DNA from: an uncultured Chloroflexia bacterium
GTDB lineage: Bacteria > Chloroflexota > Limnocylindria > Limnocylindrales > CSP1-4
Assembly: GCA_963763775.1 (NCBI GenBank)
Contig: CAVXPZ010000004.1
Location: 480,001 to 544,000, forward strand
Direction: 5' to 3'
Length of the DNA: 64,000 nt
A model generated the notes under the pieces. That model was not told the DNA's origin and did no database searches. It was given only the letters and a program-made list of their open reading frames with translations. Made by a program: the position numbers and the translations under genes. Shown here in pieces: positions 18,051 to 30,727 of the stretch. Each line of letters starts with the position of its first letter. The first letter of the stretch is position 1.

Positions 18051-18989
18051 CTACTCGATCAGCGAGCGGCCGGTCAGCCGCAGGAACACGTCCTCGAGGG
18101 ATGATCGGCGCACGAGGACGGCCTCCGGCTGGAGGCCGCGCTCGTGGACGGCCACGGCCGCCGCCTCGCCGTCGTCCGTGTAGAGGAGAACGCGGTCGGG
18201 AAGGTGCTCGGTGCGCTCCGCCAATCCCTCGAGCTGGCCGTCGAGCGTCTCGGCGACGCCGGGGGCGAAGCGGAGCTCCGTGACCTCCTTCGTCGAGTAC
18301 TGCTCGATGAGGCCGCGGGGGCTGCCCTCCGCCACGATCTTGGCCTTGTCCATGACGACGAGCCGGTCGCACAGCTGCTCGGCCTCGTCCATGTAGTGGG
18401 TCGTGAGGACGAGGGTCACGCCACGCTGCTTGAGCCGGTACAGCCGGTCCCAGAGAAGGTGCCGCGCCTGCGGGTCGAGGCCGGTCGTCGGCTCGTCGAG
18501 GAGGAGGACGTCCGGCTCGTTGATGAGCGATCGAGCGATCGTCAGACGGCGCTTCATGCCCCCCGACAGCGGCTCGACCTGATCGCCGCCGCGCTCGGTG
18601 AGCTGGGCGAAGTCGAGGAGTTCCTCGGCGCGTTTCGCGACCTCGGCCCGGGTCAGCCCGAAGTACCGCCCGTAGATGAGCAGGTTCTCGCGCACCGTGA
18701 GCTCGGTGTCCAGCGTGTCCTGCTGCGGGACCACGCCGAGACGGGCGCGGATCTGGGGACCCTGGGTCGTCGGGTCCATCCCCATGACCCGCAGCTCGCC
18801 GTCAGTGGTCGGCGACACGCAGCCGATCATCCGCATCGTCGAGGTCTTGCCGGCCCCGTTCGGCCCCAGAAAGCCGAACGATTCGCCGGGCGCGACATCG
18901 AAGTCGATGGCGTCCACGGCGGTGAAGTCACCGAAGCGCTTGGTCAGGCCGCGGGCATGGATGAGCGAGGCGTCGGGGGTCTCAGGCAT
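18051..18989 (-). CDS. ABC exporter ATP-binding protein (NodI/DrrA-like)
   Basis: GPNGAGKT, LSGGMKRR, LLLDEPTTGLD, TTHYMDEA. Confidence 0.95.
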   Translation of the reverse strand: MPETPDASLIHARGLTKRFGDFTAVDAIDFDVAPGESFGFLGPNGAGKTSTMRMIGCVSPTTDGELRVMGMDPTTQGPQIRARLGVVPQQDTLDTELTVRENLLIYGRYFGLTRAEVAKRAEELLDFAQLTERGGDQVEPLSGGMKRRLTIARSLINEPDVLLLDEPTTGLDPQARHLLWDRLYRLKQRGVTLVLTTHYMDEAEQLCDRLVVMDKAKIVAEGSPRGLIEQYSTKEVTELRFAPGVAETLDGQLEGLAERTEHLPDRVLLYTDDGEAAAVAVHERGLQPEAVLVRRSSLEDVFLRLTGRSLIE

Positions 18990-19105
18990 GGGCGGGCATG
19001 GTACTGCGACGGCCGGCTGGATGCTCACAGAAACGTGCTACAGTCGAGTAGCACAAGCTTGCAGCGGCGTGCCGACGCCGCCCGCCCTCGAACGGAGCCA
19101 TCGCC

Positions 19106-21199
19106 ATGCGCACGCTCGCCCGTCCCATCGGTCTCGGTCTCGCCGCCCGTGGCGACGTGGAGGAGGTTGTGACCTGGGCGCGGCAGGCACGCGACCAGGG
19201 GCTCGATTCGGTCTGGGTCCACGACAGCTACTTCGAGCGGGACGGCGTCTCGTTCGCGACGGCCATCGCCCTCGCGATCGCGCTCGACGACGACGGCGAC
19301 GAAGCCGGCTTCCGCGTCGCGCTGGGCGCGGCCAACCCGTTCACCCGGCACCCGGTCGTCCTGGCCATGACCGGCTCGGCGCTCGACGAGATCCTGCCCG
19401 GACGGTTCGTGCTGGGCCTCGGGACCGGGCTGCCGCTGCGGCTCAAGCAGATGGGCATCCCGTACGAGCCGGATGCGGCCGTCGAGGGCGTGTCCCAGGC
19501 GATGGACCAGATCCGCGCCCTGTGGGTCGGCGAGCGCCTGCCGTCCGCCACCCCGGGCTTGCCGCCGATCCAGCCGATGTTCCCGCCGACGCACCGCATC
19601 CCGATCGTCATCGCGGCGTACCGCAAGGCGTTCGTGGAGCTCGCGGGCCAGAAGGCCGACGGCTATCTCGCGCGCCCGGCCGAGTCGATCCCGTCGCTGC
19701 GCGGGATCCTGGAACGACTCCGCGCGGCGGCCGTGGCCGCGGGCCGCGACCCGCACGAGATCGAGACCGCCGGGTACCTGCTGTCCCTCGTGGACAAGAC
19801 CCGCCGCGAGGCCCTCAACCGCGCGAAGCGCGAGCCGTTCGTCATCTACATGATGTCGGTGCTCTCGGACGTGTCGCTGCAGCGAGCGGGGTTCGACAAG
19901 GAGCTCCGCGACCGCATCGCCGCCGCCTGGCGGGCCGAGGACTACACGACCGCCGGCAACCTCATCCCCGACGAGCTGCTCGATGCGTTCATGTTGTGCG
20001 GCACGCGCGAGGACGTGGCCGCGGGCGCCATGGCCTACCACGCGCAGGCCGGGCTGCAGTTGCCGCTCCTCCAGCCGGTCCTCCAGGAGGACCGCCAGAT
20101 CGACGAGCTGATCGCCGCGGCGGCGATCTACGCCTCGGTCCCGAAGACCGCCGAAAGCGAGGTGCCGGCCCTCGCTGGGGCGGCCGTCGTCGGGGGCGGG
20201 GAGGGCTCCGGTACGGGCGCGCCCAGCGGCGCCTCGAACGGGACCCCGGTCACCAGCCTCGCCGACGATCGCCAGCTCGGGTTCCGGGACCGCGCGTCGC
20301 GACGCGCCGGGGCCTTGTACGAGATCCTCCGGCCGTTCGCGTTCACCGCCTCGGTCATCCCCGTCCTGGCGGGCGCGGCGCTCGCCTGGGTCGACGAGCT
20401 GTGGAACTGGGCGCCGTTCATCGCGGCCCTGCTCGGCGCCGTCTTCCTCCATGCCGGCACGAACATCGTCAATGAGGTCTACGACGTCCGGAAGGGCGTC
20501 GACTCGATCACGAGCCCGCGGGCCAGCCACGCGATCGTGAAGGGCCGGATGAAGGAGCGGACCGCGCTGATCATCGCGGGCGTCTTCTTCGCGCTCGCCG
20601 TCGTCGTCGGGCTGTACCTGGTCTGGCTGCGCGGGCCGGCGATCATCGTGCTCGGCGTCCTCGGCCTCATCGGGGGGTACGGCTATACCGCGCCGCCACT
20701 CGAGTACAAGAACCGCGCGCTCGGCGTGCCGATCGTCTTCCTGCTGATGGGCCCGCTCATGGTCGAGGGGTCGTACTTCGCGGTCAGCGGCGAGTGGTCC
20801 CTGACCGCGCTCGTGCTCTCGATCCCCGTGGGCCTCCTGGTCGCGGCGATCCTCCACGGCAACGAGTGGCGCGACATCCGCGAGGACAGCCGGGCCGGCA
20901 TCTCGACCATGTCCGCGAAGATCGGCCGACGATGGGCGCACTACGGGTACGTGGCGCTGGTGCTCGGCGCGTACATCGTGCTCGCTCTCGCGGTGATCGC
21001 CGACGTGCTGCCGGCCTGGACGATGCTCGCGATCCTGTCGCTGCCGTTCCTGGCGCAGGTCATCCGCTCCGCGGAGCTCGGCGCCACGGGCCAGGCCCGA
21101 GCCATCGCGATGATCGACCTCCAGACGGCCCGGCTGCATCTGGCCTTCGGGTCCTTGTTGGTGCTCGGGTTGGTGCTGTCCCGGGTCATCGGTGGCTGA
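19106..21199 (+). CDS. Fusion: LLM-class (Mer-like, flavin/F420-dependent) oxidoreductase plus MenA/UbiA prenyltransferase
   Basis: N-half: VWVHDSYFERD, ANPFTRHPVVLA, GRFVLGLGTG. C-half: LRP, NIVNEVYDVRKGVD, YTAPP, NEWRDIREDSRAG and multiple TM helices. Confidence 0.88.
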   Translation: MRTLARPIGLGLAARGDVEEVVTWARQARDQGLDSVWVHDSYFERDGVSFATAIALAIALDDDGDEAGFRVALGAANPFTRHPVVLAMTGSALDEILPGRFVLGLGTGLPLRLKQMGIPYEPDAAVEGVSQAMDQIRALWVGERLPSATPGLPPIQPMFPPTHRIPIVIAAYRKAFVELAGQKADGYLARPAESIPSLRGILERLRAAAVAAGRDPHEIETAGYLLSLVDKTRREALNRAKREPFVIYMMSVLSDVSLQRAGFDKELRDRIAAAWRAEDYTTAGNLIPDELLDAFMLCGTREDVAAGAMAYHAQAGLQLPLLQPVLQEDRQIDELIAAAAIYASVPKTAESEVPALAGAAVVGGGEGSGTGAPSGASNGTPVTSLADDRQLGFRDRASRRAGALYEILRPFAFTASVIPVLAGAALAWVDELWNWAPFIAALLGAVFLHAGTNIVNEVYDVRKGVDSITSPRASHAIVKGRMKERTALIIAGVFFALAVVVGLYLVWLRGPAIIVLGVLGLIGGYGYTAPPLEYKNRALGVPIVFLLMGPLMVEGSYFAVSGEWSLTALVLSIPVGLLVAAILHGNEWRDIREDSRAGISTMSAKIGRRWAHYGYVALVLGAYIVLALAVIADVLPAWTMLAILSLPFLAQVIRSAELGATGQARAIAMIDLQTARLHLAFGSLLVLGLVLSRVIGG

Positions 21200-21912
21200 C
21201 CGGTCGGGGGTCGGTGGCGACGCGGCCGCGGCCGCGGGTGGCTCCGGCTCGGGCGTCGCGCCGAGAGCCGCAGCGCTCCCCGGCTCGGGCGTCGCGCCAG
21301 GCGCCCTCGGTGTCGGCCTCCTTGCGGCGCAGGCCGCGTTCGCCGCGACCTTCCGCGGCCCACGCGACCGCTTCTGGCACCGGATGACGCTGACCGGCCT
21401 GTCGCTCGGGTCGCTCGCGTTGCTGACCAGCCGGCCCGCGCGTCGGACACGGATCGGTCCGACCGAGGTCGCGCTCGGGCTCGCGTCCGCGGCAACGCTC
21501 TATGCCACCTTCCGGGTCGGCGACGCGTTCGCGCGGCGGTTCGTGCCGAGCGGCGATGCCGAGATCCGCGACATCTACACGTTGCGGACCCTGCGGCCGA
21601 AGCCGGAGATCGCGGCCCGTCTCGCGACGATCATCGGGCCTGCCGAGGAACTGTTCTGGCGCGGCCTCGTGCAGGAGGCGCTGATGGCCCGCTACGGCCG
21701 CTGGCCCGGGGCCGCGATGGCGGCGATGGCCTACGGCGGGGTCCACATCGTGACGGGCAACTTCACGCTGTTCGGCGCCGCGGGGATCGCGGGTGCCCAT
21801 TGGTGCGCGCTGTACGCGGCCGGCGTCCCGCTCGGGGCGCTGGTCGTCAGCCACGTCACGTGGGACGTCTGGATCTTCCTCATCCAGCCGACCGGCGAGA
21901 TCGCCCCGCTGA
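21192..21912 (+). CDS. CPBP (CAAX protease/Abi) intramembrane metalloprotease; true 3' end uncertain
   Basis: AEELFWRG, AYGGVH, SHVTWD; start overlaps the fusion gene's stop. Confidence 0.82.
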
Positions 21913-22006
21913 CAACCCGCGGCCGCCGGCACGACGTAAGCGCCGGCGAAGCACTCCGACCACCCGGTAAGCCGTGGGCGAAGCGGCCGCCCGCCATCCT
22001 CGCGCG

Positions 22007-22790
22007 ATGGACATCGTCCGGTCGGCCTCGATCTGCGGGCGCTCCGCCACCGACGACGGCTGGACCCAGCGGCGCGCTCGCGAGCGAAGGCCAGGGTCTC
22101 GAGGTCGGTCGATCTGGCGTGATCGAGCGCGGTCATGCCGATCGACGTCGCGGTCGCGACGGTCGTCGCGCGTCGCGGCGGCCCTCGGCGGTCGGTATCG
22201 GTATCCGGCTGCTCTGGCACGGCGAAGGGCTCGACCGACTCCTCGACCGGCGTCACGCCGTCTCGTGGAACGCATGGTCGACGTCCTCCGGGACGAGGGA
22301 TGGGACGTCGACACCGAGGTGACCGTTCAGCGAGTTCGCGGCGAGCGCGGATCCGATCGACATCCTCGCGTTCCATGCCGGTGACCGGCGCCCTGCTCGT
22401 CATCGAGGTCAAGTCGGTCGTCCCCGACCTGCAGGCGATGCTCGTCGGCACTCGATCGGAAGGGCCGGCTTGCACCCGACATCGCCGCCGAGTCGGCTGG
22501 CGGGCGACGTCGGTCTCGCGGTTGCTGGTCCTCCCGGACGACCGGACGTCCCGACGTCGAATCGCGCATGCACGCGGCCACGTTCGCGATGGCCTTCCTG
22601 CCGACGCGGACGGTCGAGGTCCGAGCGGTGGCTCCGTCGGCCGGAGGCGCGATCGCGCGGCCTGTTGTTCCTGACAGATGCCACATCAGGCGGCCACACG
22701 TCACCGGGTCGGGGGCTCGCCAGCCAGACCCCGACGTCCGCGCGGAGCGCGCACGCTCGAGGCGTGAGATGTCGAGCGGCCGAACTCCTG
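22007..22790 (+). pseudogene. XRE-type HTH plus restriction-endonuclease-like domain protein, multiply frameshifted
   Basis: Fragments across frames: GWTQ, IERGH, LLWHGEGLDRLLD, LRDEGWDVDTEVT, GALLVIEVKS, SRLLVLPDDRT, LLFL. Confidence 0.55.
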
Positions 22791-22932
22791 ACATCGGTCT
22801 CCGTCAGGCGGCCTCTGGCAGGAACCGCGGACGTAACGGCCAACCAGAGCGGCCGATGGCAGGAGATCGGGCCGGCGCGATCCGCGACCGCGCAGGCCAC
22901 GGCCCCGCCGACCGGCACGCCAACCCCCGAAT

Positions 22933-22965
22933 CGCGGAGCCCGGGCCGACGGCCCGGGCTCCGCG
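22933..22965 (-). terminator. 15-bp perfect hairpin downstream of dnaK
   Basis: CGCGGAGCCCGGGCC-gac-GGCCCGGGCTCCGCG; weak U-tract. Confidence 0.7.
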
Positions 22966-22991
22966 TGTCCACGACTGATCGAGGCGGGGGC

Positions 22992-24965
22992 CTAGACCTC
23001 CTTGAACTCGCCTTCGACGGTCTCCTCGCCCTCGGGTGTCGAGCCCTCGGCGGAGCCGTCCCCGGCACCGGCCGAGCCGTCACCCGAGCCTGCGCCGGAC
23101 CCGTCATCGGCGCCCGAGCCGTTCCCGCCGTCCGTGCCGGCACCGGCCGCCGACGCGGCCTGGTACGCGGCCGTGGACACCCGGTTGAGGGTCTCGGCCA
23201 GGGACGTCATCTGGCTCTTCACCGCGTCGACGTCCGAGCCCTTGAGCGCCTCGCGCAGCCCCTCGACCTTGTTCTCGACCTCGATCTTGTCCTCGGACGA
23301 GATCTTGTCGCCGAGGTCCTTGACGACGCGCTCGGCCTGGAAGGTCAGGGCCTCCGCATCGTTGCGGACCTCGACCTCCTCGCGCCGTGCCTTGTCCTCG
23401 GACGCGTGCTCCTGCGCCTCTCGGACCATCTGGTCGACGGCGCTCTTGTCGAGCATCGACGACGCCGTGATCCGGACCTGCTGTTCCTTGCCGGTCGCCC
23501 GGTCCTTGGCCTTGACGTCGAGGATGCCGTTCGCATCGATGTCGAACGTGACCTCGATCTGCGGCACGCCGCGCGGCGCCGGCGGGATCCCGTCGAGGAT
23601 GAACCGGCCGAGCGTCTTGTTGTCCGCCGCGAAGTCGCGCTCGCCCTGGAGGACGTGGATCTCGACCTGCGACTGCGAGTCGCTCGCGGTCGAGAACACC
23701 TGCGACTTCGATGTCGGGATGGTGGTGTTGCGCTCGATGAGCTTCGTCATGACGCCGCCGAGCGTCTCGATGCCGAGCGAGAGCGGCGTGACGTCGAGCA
23801 GCAGGACGTCCTTGACGTCGCCCGCGAGGACGCCGGCCTGGATCGCCGCCCCGATGGCCACGACCTCGTCCGGGTTGACGCCCTTGTGCGGTTCCTTGCC
23901 GCCGAACATCGCCTTGACCGCCTCGACGACGGCCGGCATCCGCGTCATGCCGCCGACGAGGATGACCTCGTCGATGTCGCCGGCCTTGAGCCCGGAGTCC
24001 TTGATGGCGGCCTTGACCGGACCCTCGGTCTTCTTGACCAGGTCCGCGACCAGGTCCTCGAGCTTCGCCCGGGTCAGCGAGACCACGAGGTGCTTGGGGC
24101 CGGTGGCGTCGGCGGTGATGTAGGGGAGGTTGATCTCGGTCGTCGTCGTCGACGAGAGCTCGATCTTCGCTTTCTCGGCGGCCTCCTTGAGGCGCTGGAG
24201 GGCCTGCTGGTCCTTCGCGAGGTCGATGCCCTGATCCTTCTTGAACTCCGCGAGCAGCCACTCGATCACGCGCTGGTCGAAGTCGTCGCCGCCCAGGTGG
24301 GTGTCGCCGTTGGTCGCCTTGACCTCGAAGACGCCTTCGCCGAGCTCGAGGATCGAGATGTCGAACGTGCCGCCGCCCAGGTCGTAGACGGCGATCTTCT
24401 CGTCGCCCTTCTTGTCGAGGCCGTAGGCGAGCGCCGACGCGGTCGGCTCGTTGATGATCCGCTTGACGTCGAGGCCGGCGATCCGCCCGGCGTCCTTGGT
24501 CGCCTGGCGCTGGGTGTCGTCGAAGTAGGCCGGGACGGTGATGACCGCCTCGGTGATCTTCTCGCCGAGGTACGCCTCGGCGTCCGTCTTGAGCTTCTGG
24601 AGGATCATCGCGCTGATCTCGGGCGGCGTGTACGACTTGCCGTCGGCCAGGTCGACGGCGACGCCGTCGGACTTGCCGTCCTTGGCGACCGTGTACGGGA
24701 CGAGATCCTTCGAGCGCTTGACCTCCGGGTCGTCCCAGCGGCGGCCCATGAACCGCTTGATCGAATAGACGGTATTGGCCGGGTTGGTCACGGCCTGGCG
24801 CTTGGCGAGCTGGCCGACGAGCCGCTCCCCGGTCTTCGTGAAGGCGACGACCGAGGGGACCGTCCGGCCGCCCTCGGCGGACGCGATGACGGTGGGCTCG
24901 CCGCCCTCCATGACGGCGACGACGGAGTTCGTCGTCCCGAGGTCGATGCCGATGATCTTGCCCAT
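22992..24965 (-). CDS. dnaK: Chaperone DnaK
   Basis: [45 protein letters not shown]. Confidence 0.99.
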   Translation of the reverse strand: MGKIIGIDLGTTNSVVAVMEGGEPTVIASAEGGRTVPSVVAFTKTGERLVGQLAKRQAVTNPANTVYSIKRFMGRRWDDPEVKRSKDLVPYTVAKDGKSDGVAVDLADGKSYTPPEISAMILQKLKTDAEAYLGEKITEAVITVPAYFDDTQRQATKDAGRIAGLDVKRIINEPTASALAYGLDKKGDEKIAVYDLGGGTFDISILELGEGVFEVKATNGDTHLGGDDFDQRVIEWLLAEFKKDQGIDLAKDQQALQRLKEAAEKAKIELSSTTTTEINLPYITADATGPKHLVVSLTRAKLEDLVADLVKKTEGPVKAAIKDSGLKAGDIDEVILVGGMTRMPAVVEAVKAMFGGKEPHKGVNPDEVVAIGAAIQAGVLAGDVKDVLLLDVTPLSLGIETLGGVMTKLIERNTTIPTSKSQVFSTASDSQSQVEIHVLQGERDFAADNKTLGRFILDGIPPAPRGVPQIEVTFDIDANGILDVKAKDRATGKEQQVRITASSMLDKSAVDQMVREAQEHASEDKARREEVEVRNDAEALTFQAERVVKDLGDKISSEDKIEVENKVEGLREALKGSDVDAVKSQMTSLAETLNRVSTAAYQAASAAGAGTDGGNGSGADDGSGAGSGDGSAGAGDGSAEGSTPEGEETVEGEFKEV

Positions 24966-25015
24966 TGGCGTGGTGCTCCTTGGATCCTTAGAGGGGGGGT
25001 CGGTGTCGGGATGGA

Positions 25016-25579
25016 TCAGTTGATGGGGGTGCTCGAGGCGTCGCCCGCGACGGCCACGAGGGCCGGCCGCAGGACGCGGTCGCGGAGCCGGTAGCCGCGC
25101 CGGACCTCCTCGACGATCTCGCCCTCGGGGCGCCCGGTACCGGGCACGTTCACGATGGCCTCGTGCTCGCGAGGGTCGAACGCGAGTCCCGGCGCTGCGT
25201 CGATGCGGCTGACGCCCTCGGACTCGAGGAGCGTGCGCAGCTTGCGGTCGATGGCGGCGATGCCCTCGAACCACGGGTCGTCGGCGATGGACGCCGGCCG
25301 AGCCTCGATGGCCCGGTCGAAGTCGTCGGCGAGGGTCAGGACCTTGCGGATCAGATCCTCGTTCGCCAGCCCGAGGTCGCGGTCGCGCTCCTCGGCCGTG
25401 CGGCGCTTGAAGTTGAGGAACTCGGCGCGCTCGCGCTGGAGCGCCGCCAGGTAGTCCTCGGCGTGCTGCTGGCTCTCGGCCAGGGCCGCCTGGAGCATCT
25501 CGATGTCGGCGAGGAGCTTGGTCGGCGAGACATCGATCTCGTCGACGCGCGCCTGCGCGCGCGTCCGGTGACTAGGCAT
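25016..25579 (-). CDS. grpE: Nucleotide exchange factor GrpE
   Basis: [38 protein letters not shown]. Confidence 0.96.
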   Translation of the reverse strand: MPSHRTRAQARVDEIDVSPTKLLADIEMLQAALAESQQHAEDYLAALQRERAEFLNFKRRTAEERDRDLGLANEDLIRKVLTLADDFDRAIEARPASIADDPWFEGIAAIDRKLRTLLESEGVSRIDAAPGLAFDPREHEAIVNVPGTGRPEGEIVEEVRRGYRLRDRVLRPALVAVAGDASSTPIN

Positions 25580-26639
25580 AGAGGTGGTCCACCAGTTCGT
25601 TCATCAGGCCCGAGACGAAGCGGACCGTGCCGATCGCCTGCGAGTAGCTCATCCGGGTCGGTCCGAGGACGCCGACGACGCCGATCGCCCGACCGGGTCG
25701 CCCGTACGGGGCGAGCACCAGCGAGACGTCGCGCATCTCGACCGGCGTGTTCTCGTGGCCGATGTAGACCTGGATCCGGCCGGCGTCGGCCACGTCGCCG
25801 ACGAGCTGGCCGAGATAGGCCCGGTTCTCGAGGGCCGAGAAGACGCGGCGGAGCTTGTCGCTCTGCGCGAACTCCGGGGCGTCCATCACGTTGAGGAGAC
25901 CGTCGCTGAAGACCTCCTCGATGGCCTCGGCGTCGTAGTCGCGCACGACCCGCACGACGCGGTCGCCGATCCGGCGGGCGAGGCCCTCGACCCGGTCGTC
26001 CGGTCGGAGCCGACCGATGACCGTCTCGGCGCGATCCGCCGTCGCACTGCTGAGCCGGTCGTTGAGCAGGGCGGCGACCTGGTTGAGCGTGGGCTGGTCG
26101 ATGGCGTCGTCGTCCGCGAGACCGACCAGCGCCTGCTTGATCGCGCCCTCGCGCAGGACGAGGATGAGGCTCGCCATGCGCTCGTTGATCGCCACGAGGT
26201 CGATGCGGCGGATGTGGGCAGAGCGTGCCTTGGCCGGCGTCGCCAGGCCCGCGGACCGGGTGATGCTCGCGAGCGTCGTCGCGGCGAGGCGGAACCAGTG
26301 CTCGCTGGCGAACTCCACCTGGCCGAACTGGTGACGGATCATCAACTGCTCGACAGCGGGCAGCGGCACGACGTCCGAGATCGATTCCACGTAGAAGCGA
26401 TAGCCCGAATCGGTCGGCATGCGGCCCGCGGAGGTATGCGGGTGCGTCAGGAGGCCGGCCGCCTCGAGCTCCGCCAGGATGCTGCGGACCGTCGCGCTCG
26501 ACACACCGAGCCCGTATCGCTCCACGAGCGCCTGCGAGCCGACGGGGACGGCGGTCGCGACATATTCCTCGATGACGGCCCGGAGGATCGCCTGTGAACG
26601 GAGGTCCAGGGGGCCGAGGGGGCGGTTTCGACGCGCCAA
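25572..26639 (-). CDS. hrcA: Heat-inducible transcription repressor HrcA
   Basis: ILRAVIEEYV, PVGS, SSATVR, PHTSAGRMPTDSGYRFYV, GVLGPTRMSY. Confidence 0.97.
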   Translation of the reverse strand: MARRNRPLGPLDLRSQAILRAVIEEYVATAVPVGSQALVERYGLGVSSATVRSILAELEAAGLLTHPHTSAGRMPTDSGYRFYVESISDVVPLPAVEQLMIRHQFGQVEFASEHWFRLAATTLASITRSAGLATPAKARSAHIRRIDLVAINERMASLILVLREGAIKQALVGLADDDAIDQPTLNQVAALLNDRLSSATADRAETVIGRLRPDDRVEGLARRIGDRVVRVVRDYDAEAIEEVFSDGLLNVMDAPEFAQSDKLRRVFSALENRAYLGQLVGDVADAGRIQVYIGHENTPVEMRDVSLVLAPYGRPGRAIGVVGVLGPTRMSYSQAIGTVRFVSGLMNELVDHLYA

Positions 26640-26658
26640 GGTCGGTCTCCCAGCGTGG

Positions 26659-26685
26659 TTAGCACTCTACCATCGAGAGTGCTAA
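26659..26685. promoter_or_regulatory. CIRCE operator
   Basis: Exact TTAGCACTC-N9-GAGTGCTAA just upstream of hrcA. Confidence 0.98.
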
Positions 26686-26698
26686 CGAGGTTGCCGGC

Positions 26699-26728
26699 AT
26701 CGTAGCAGTCACGAGGTCCGAGTGTCAA
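26699..26728 (-). promoter_or_regulatory. Sigma70-type promoter of hrcA-grpE-dnaK
   Basis: Minus strand TTGACA (26728-26723), 18 nt spacer, TGnTACGAT extended -10 (26704-26699). Confidence 0.75.
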
Positions 26729-26766
26729 CGGAGTTCGGGCGGGACTGGTCGGCGGCCCCGCCTCAG

Positions 26767-27994
26767 TCAGACCAGGCGGGCGAACAGCTCGTTCGAGAGC
26801 AGGCGGCCGCGCGTCGTGAGGACGACGCGGTCGTCGGGTGTCACGTTCACGAGCTCGGCGGTCAGTGCCCAGCCGAATGCGTCCGCGAGCGGGGGCTCGG
26901 TGGTGGCCGCGAAGGGCACGCCGGTGTCGAGCCGAAGGCCCAGGATCACGCGTTCCACGGCCGCCGTCTCCGCGTCGACCGACTCCGAGTCACCGGGCGG
27001 CAACGACGGGGTCGACCCGTCCCCCGGGGTCAAGCGCCGCGACGTAGCCGTCGAGCCGGGCCGCGTTCCATCGACGCGTCGCGCCGTCGAAGGCGTGCGC
27101 CCCCGGACCGACCGCCTCATAGGGTCGCCGCTCCCAGTACGCGCGGTTGTGCCGGCTCTCGTGCGAGGGTCGGGCCCAGTTGCTGATCTCGTACCCGCGA
27201 TAGCCCGCCTCGGCGAGTCGAACGACCGCATGGTGGTACTGGGCCGCAGCGTGATCCTCGTCCTGCGTCGAGCGGGCGATCTCGCGCCACCGTCGAGCGC
27301 CGGCGGTCGTCGGCAGATGGTCGCCGCCCAGCCCGGTCAGACCCTCGGCGTCGGGGTCGTCGAGCGTGAGGGCGTAGAGCGACAGGTGATCCGGACCGAG
27401 GTCGATCGCCGCGTCGAGGGTGGTCATCCAGCTCACGACGCTCTGGTCGGGGAGGTCGTACAGCAGGTCGAGGCTGACCGACCGGACGCCGGCCCGCCGG
27501 GCCTCGCGAACGGCGTCGCCGACGTCAGCGGCGCGGTGCCGCCGGCCCAGGCGCTTGAGCTGGCCGTCGTCGAGGGACTGCGCCCCGATGGACAGACGCG
27601 TGATCCCGGCCTGGAGCCAGGCCGCCGGGTCGCCCCGCTCGTCGGGACCGGGGTTCGCCTCGAGGGTCACCTCGGCGCCTGCGATGAGGCCGAACCGGCG
27701 GCGCACCTGCTCGACGATCCGCGCGACCTCGTCCGGGGCGAGCAGCGACGGGGTCCCGCCGCCGAGGTACAGGCTCTCGAGCGGCGCGCGACCCGGCCCG
27801 ACCGCGACATCCAGCGCATCGGCCCGGAGATCGATCTCGACGGCGAGGGCGTCGAGGAAGGACGCCGTGCGAGCCGCGGGTCCCCTGGCTGCGGCCCCCG
27901 CGTACACGACGAAGTCGCAGTACGGACAGATCGAGACACAGAACGGGATGTGCACGTACATCGCGACCGGCGGACCCCCCGCGGCGACGATCAT
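26767..27994 (-). CDS. hemW: Radical SAM heme chaperone HemW (HemN-like); frameshift near 27030
   Basis: YVHIPFCVSICPYCDF, GGGTPS, EANP, YEISNWA, HNRAYW; C-terminal LGLRL...LTTRGRLLSNE in a second frame; lies between lepA and hrcA. Confidence 0.9.
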
Positions 27995-28761
27995 CGCTCC
28001 CTCGTCGCCGATTCGCGCGTCCCGATGACGCGCCAGCCGTCCGGCGGCCGGCGCCGTTTGTCGATCTCCTCCACCTCGCGACCGCGCGGCTTCGTCTGAC
28101 CCGCGTGCCCGGTGCACAGGAAGACCGCGAAGCGGGTGATCGCGTGGCCAAGGAACGCCGCCGCGATGCCGCCGGTCACGACCGTCAGCCAGCCGCCGAT
28201 GAGGCCCATCCCCAGCGTCATGAAGAACAGGTACTTGTCACGTCCGGACGCCCCGAGGCGGGTCGTCAGGGTGTAGAGGAAGGCCTGGATGACGTTCGCG
28301 AGGGACGGATTCATCCCGGTGGACAGCAGCAAGCCGAAGATGGCGCCGCGGAACGCGACTTCGTCGATGAACGCGGTGGCGACCGAGTTGAGCAACGCCC
28401 CCGGATACGACCAGGCCCCCGGGAAGCGGATGCGGTGGTACCGGTAGGTGGCGAACGCCACGGCGAACGCGACACCGCCGAGCCCATACAGGAGGCCGCC
28501 CAGGACGGCCAGCAGCCGGTCGCCGGAGCCCAGGAACAATCGGTTCTGCGGGTCCGGGTGGATGATCAGGATCATGAGGGCCAGGCCCACGCCGATCCCG
28601 TACCAGGCGAGTCGCCGGCGGATCTTGGGGCTCTCGCCGTCCCGCGTGGCCTCGTAATACTCGGCGGTGCCGAAGCGCTCCGACTCGAGGCGGAGCATCG
28701 CCATCAGCAGGGCGAGCCCGACCGTGACGAGGCCGCGGGACCACTCGATATAGGCGTCCAC
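27991..28761 (-). CDS. CPBP-family membrane protein with degenerate motifs
   Basis: IDEVAFRG and GHAITRF; second motif lacks the His (LYTLTT). Confidence 0.7.
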   Translation of the reverse strand: MDAYIEWSRGLVTVGLALLMAMLRLESERFGTAEYYEATRDGESPKIRRRLAWYGIGVGLALMILIIHPDPQNRLFLGSGDRLLAVLGGLLYGLGGVAFAVAFATYRYHRIRFPGAWSYPGALLNSVATAFIDEVAFRGAIFGLLLSTGMNPSLANVIQAFLYTLTTRLGASGRDKYLFFMTLGMGLIGGWLTVVTGGIAAAFLGHAITRFAVFLCTGHAGQTKPRGREVEEIDKRRRPPDGWRVIGTRESATRER

Positions 28762-28771
28762 GTCCGCTCGC

Positions 28772-30583
<1,812 letters not shown>

Positions 30584-30727
30584 GGTGCGGGAGTGTAGCC
30601 GGTCACGCTCCGGGGGCGGCCACGATGACGACGATGGGCGCCGCAGCCAAGGCGCTGACGCCGACCGTCATGATGGACCGGCGATGTTTCACGAGGATCG
30701 AGATCGGCGGGAGTCAAGGAGGGCACC

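Noticed and set aside
21912-22322. Long C-terminal extension of the CPBP protein
   Set aside because: Reads through into the frameshifted HTH gene; a nearby out-of-frame stop (21910-21912) suggests an indel
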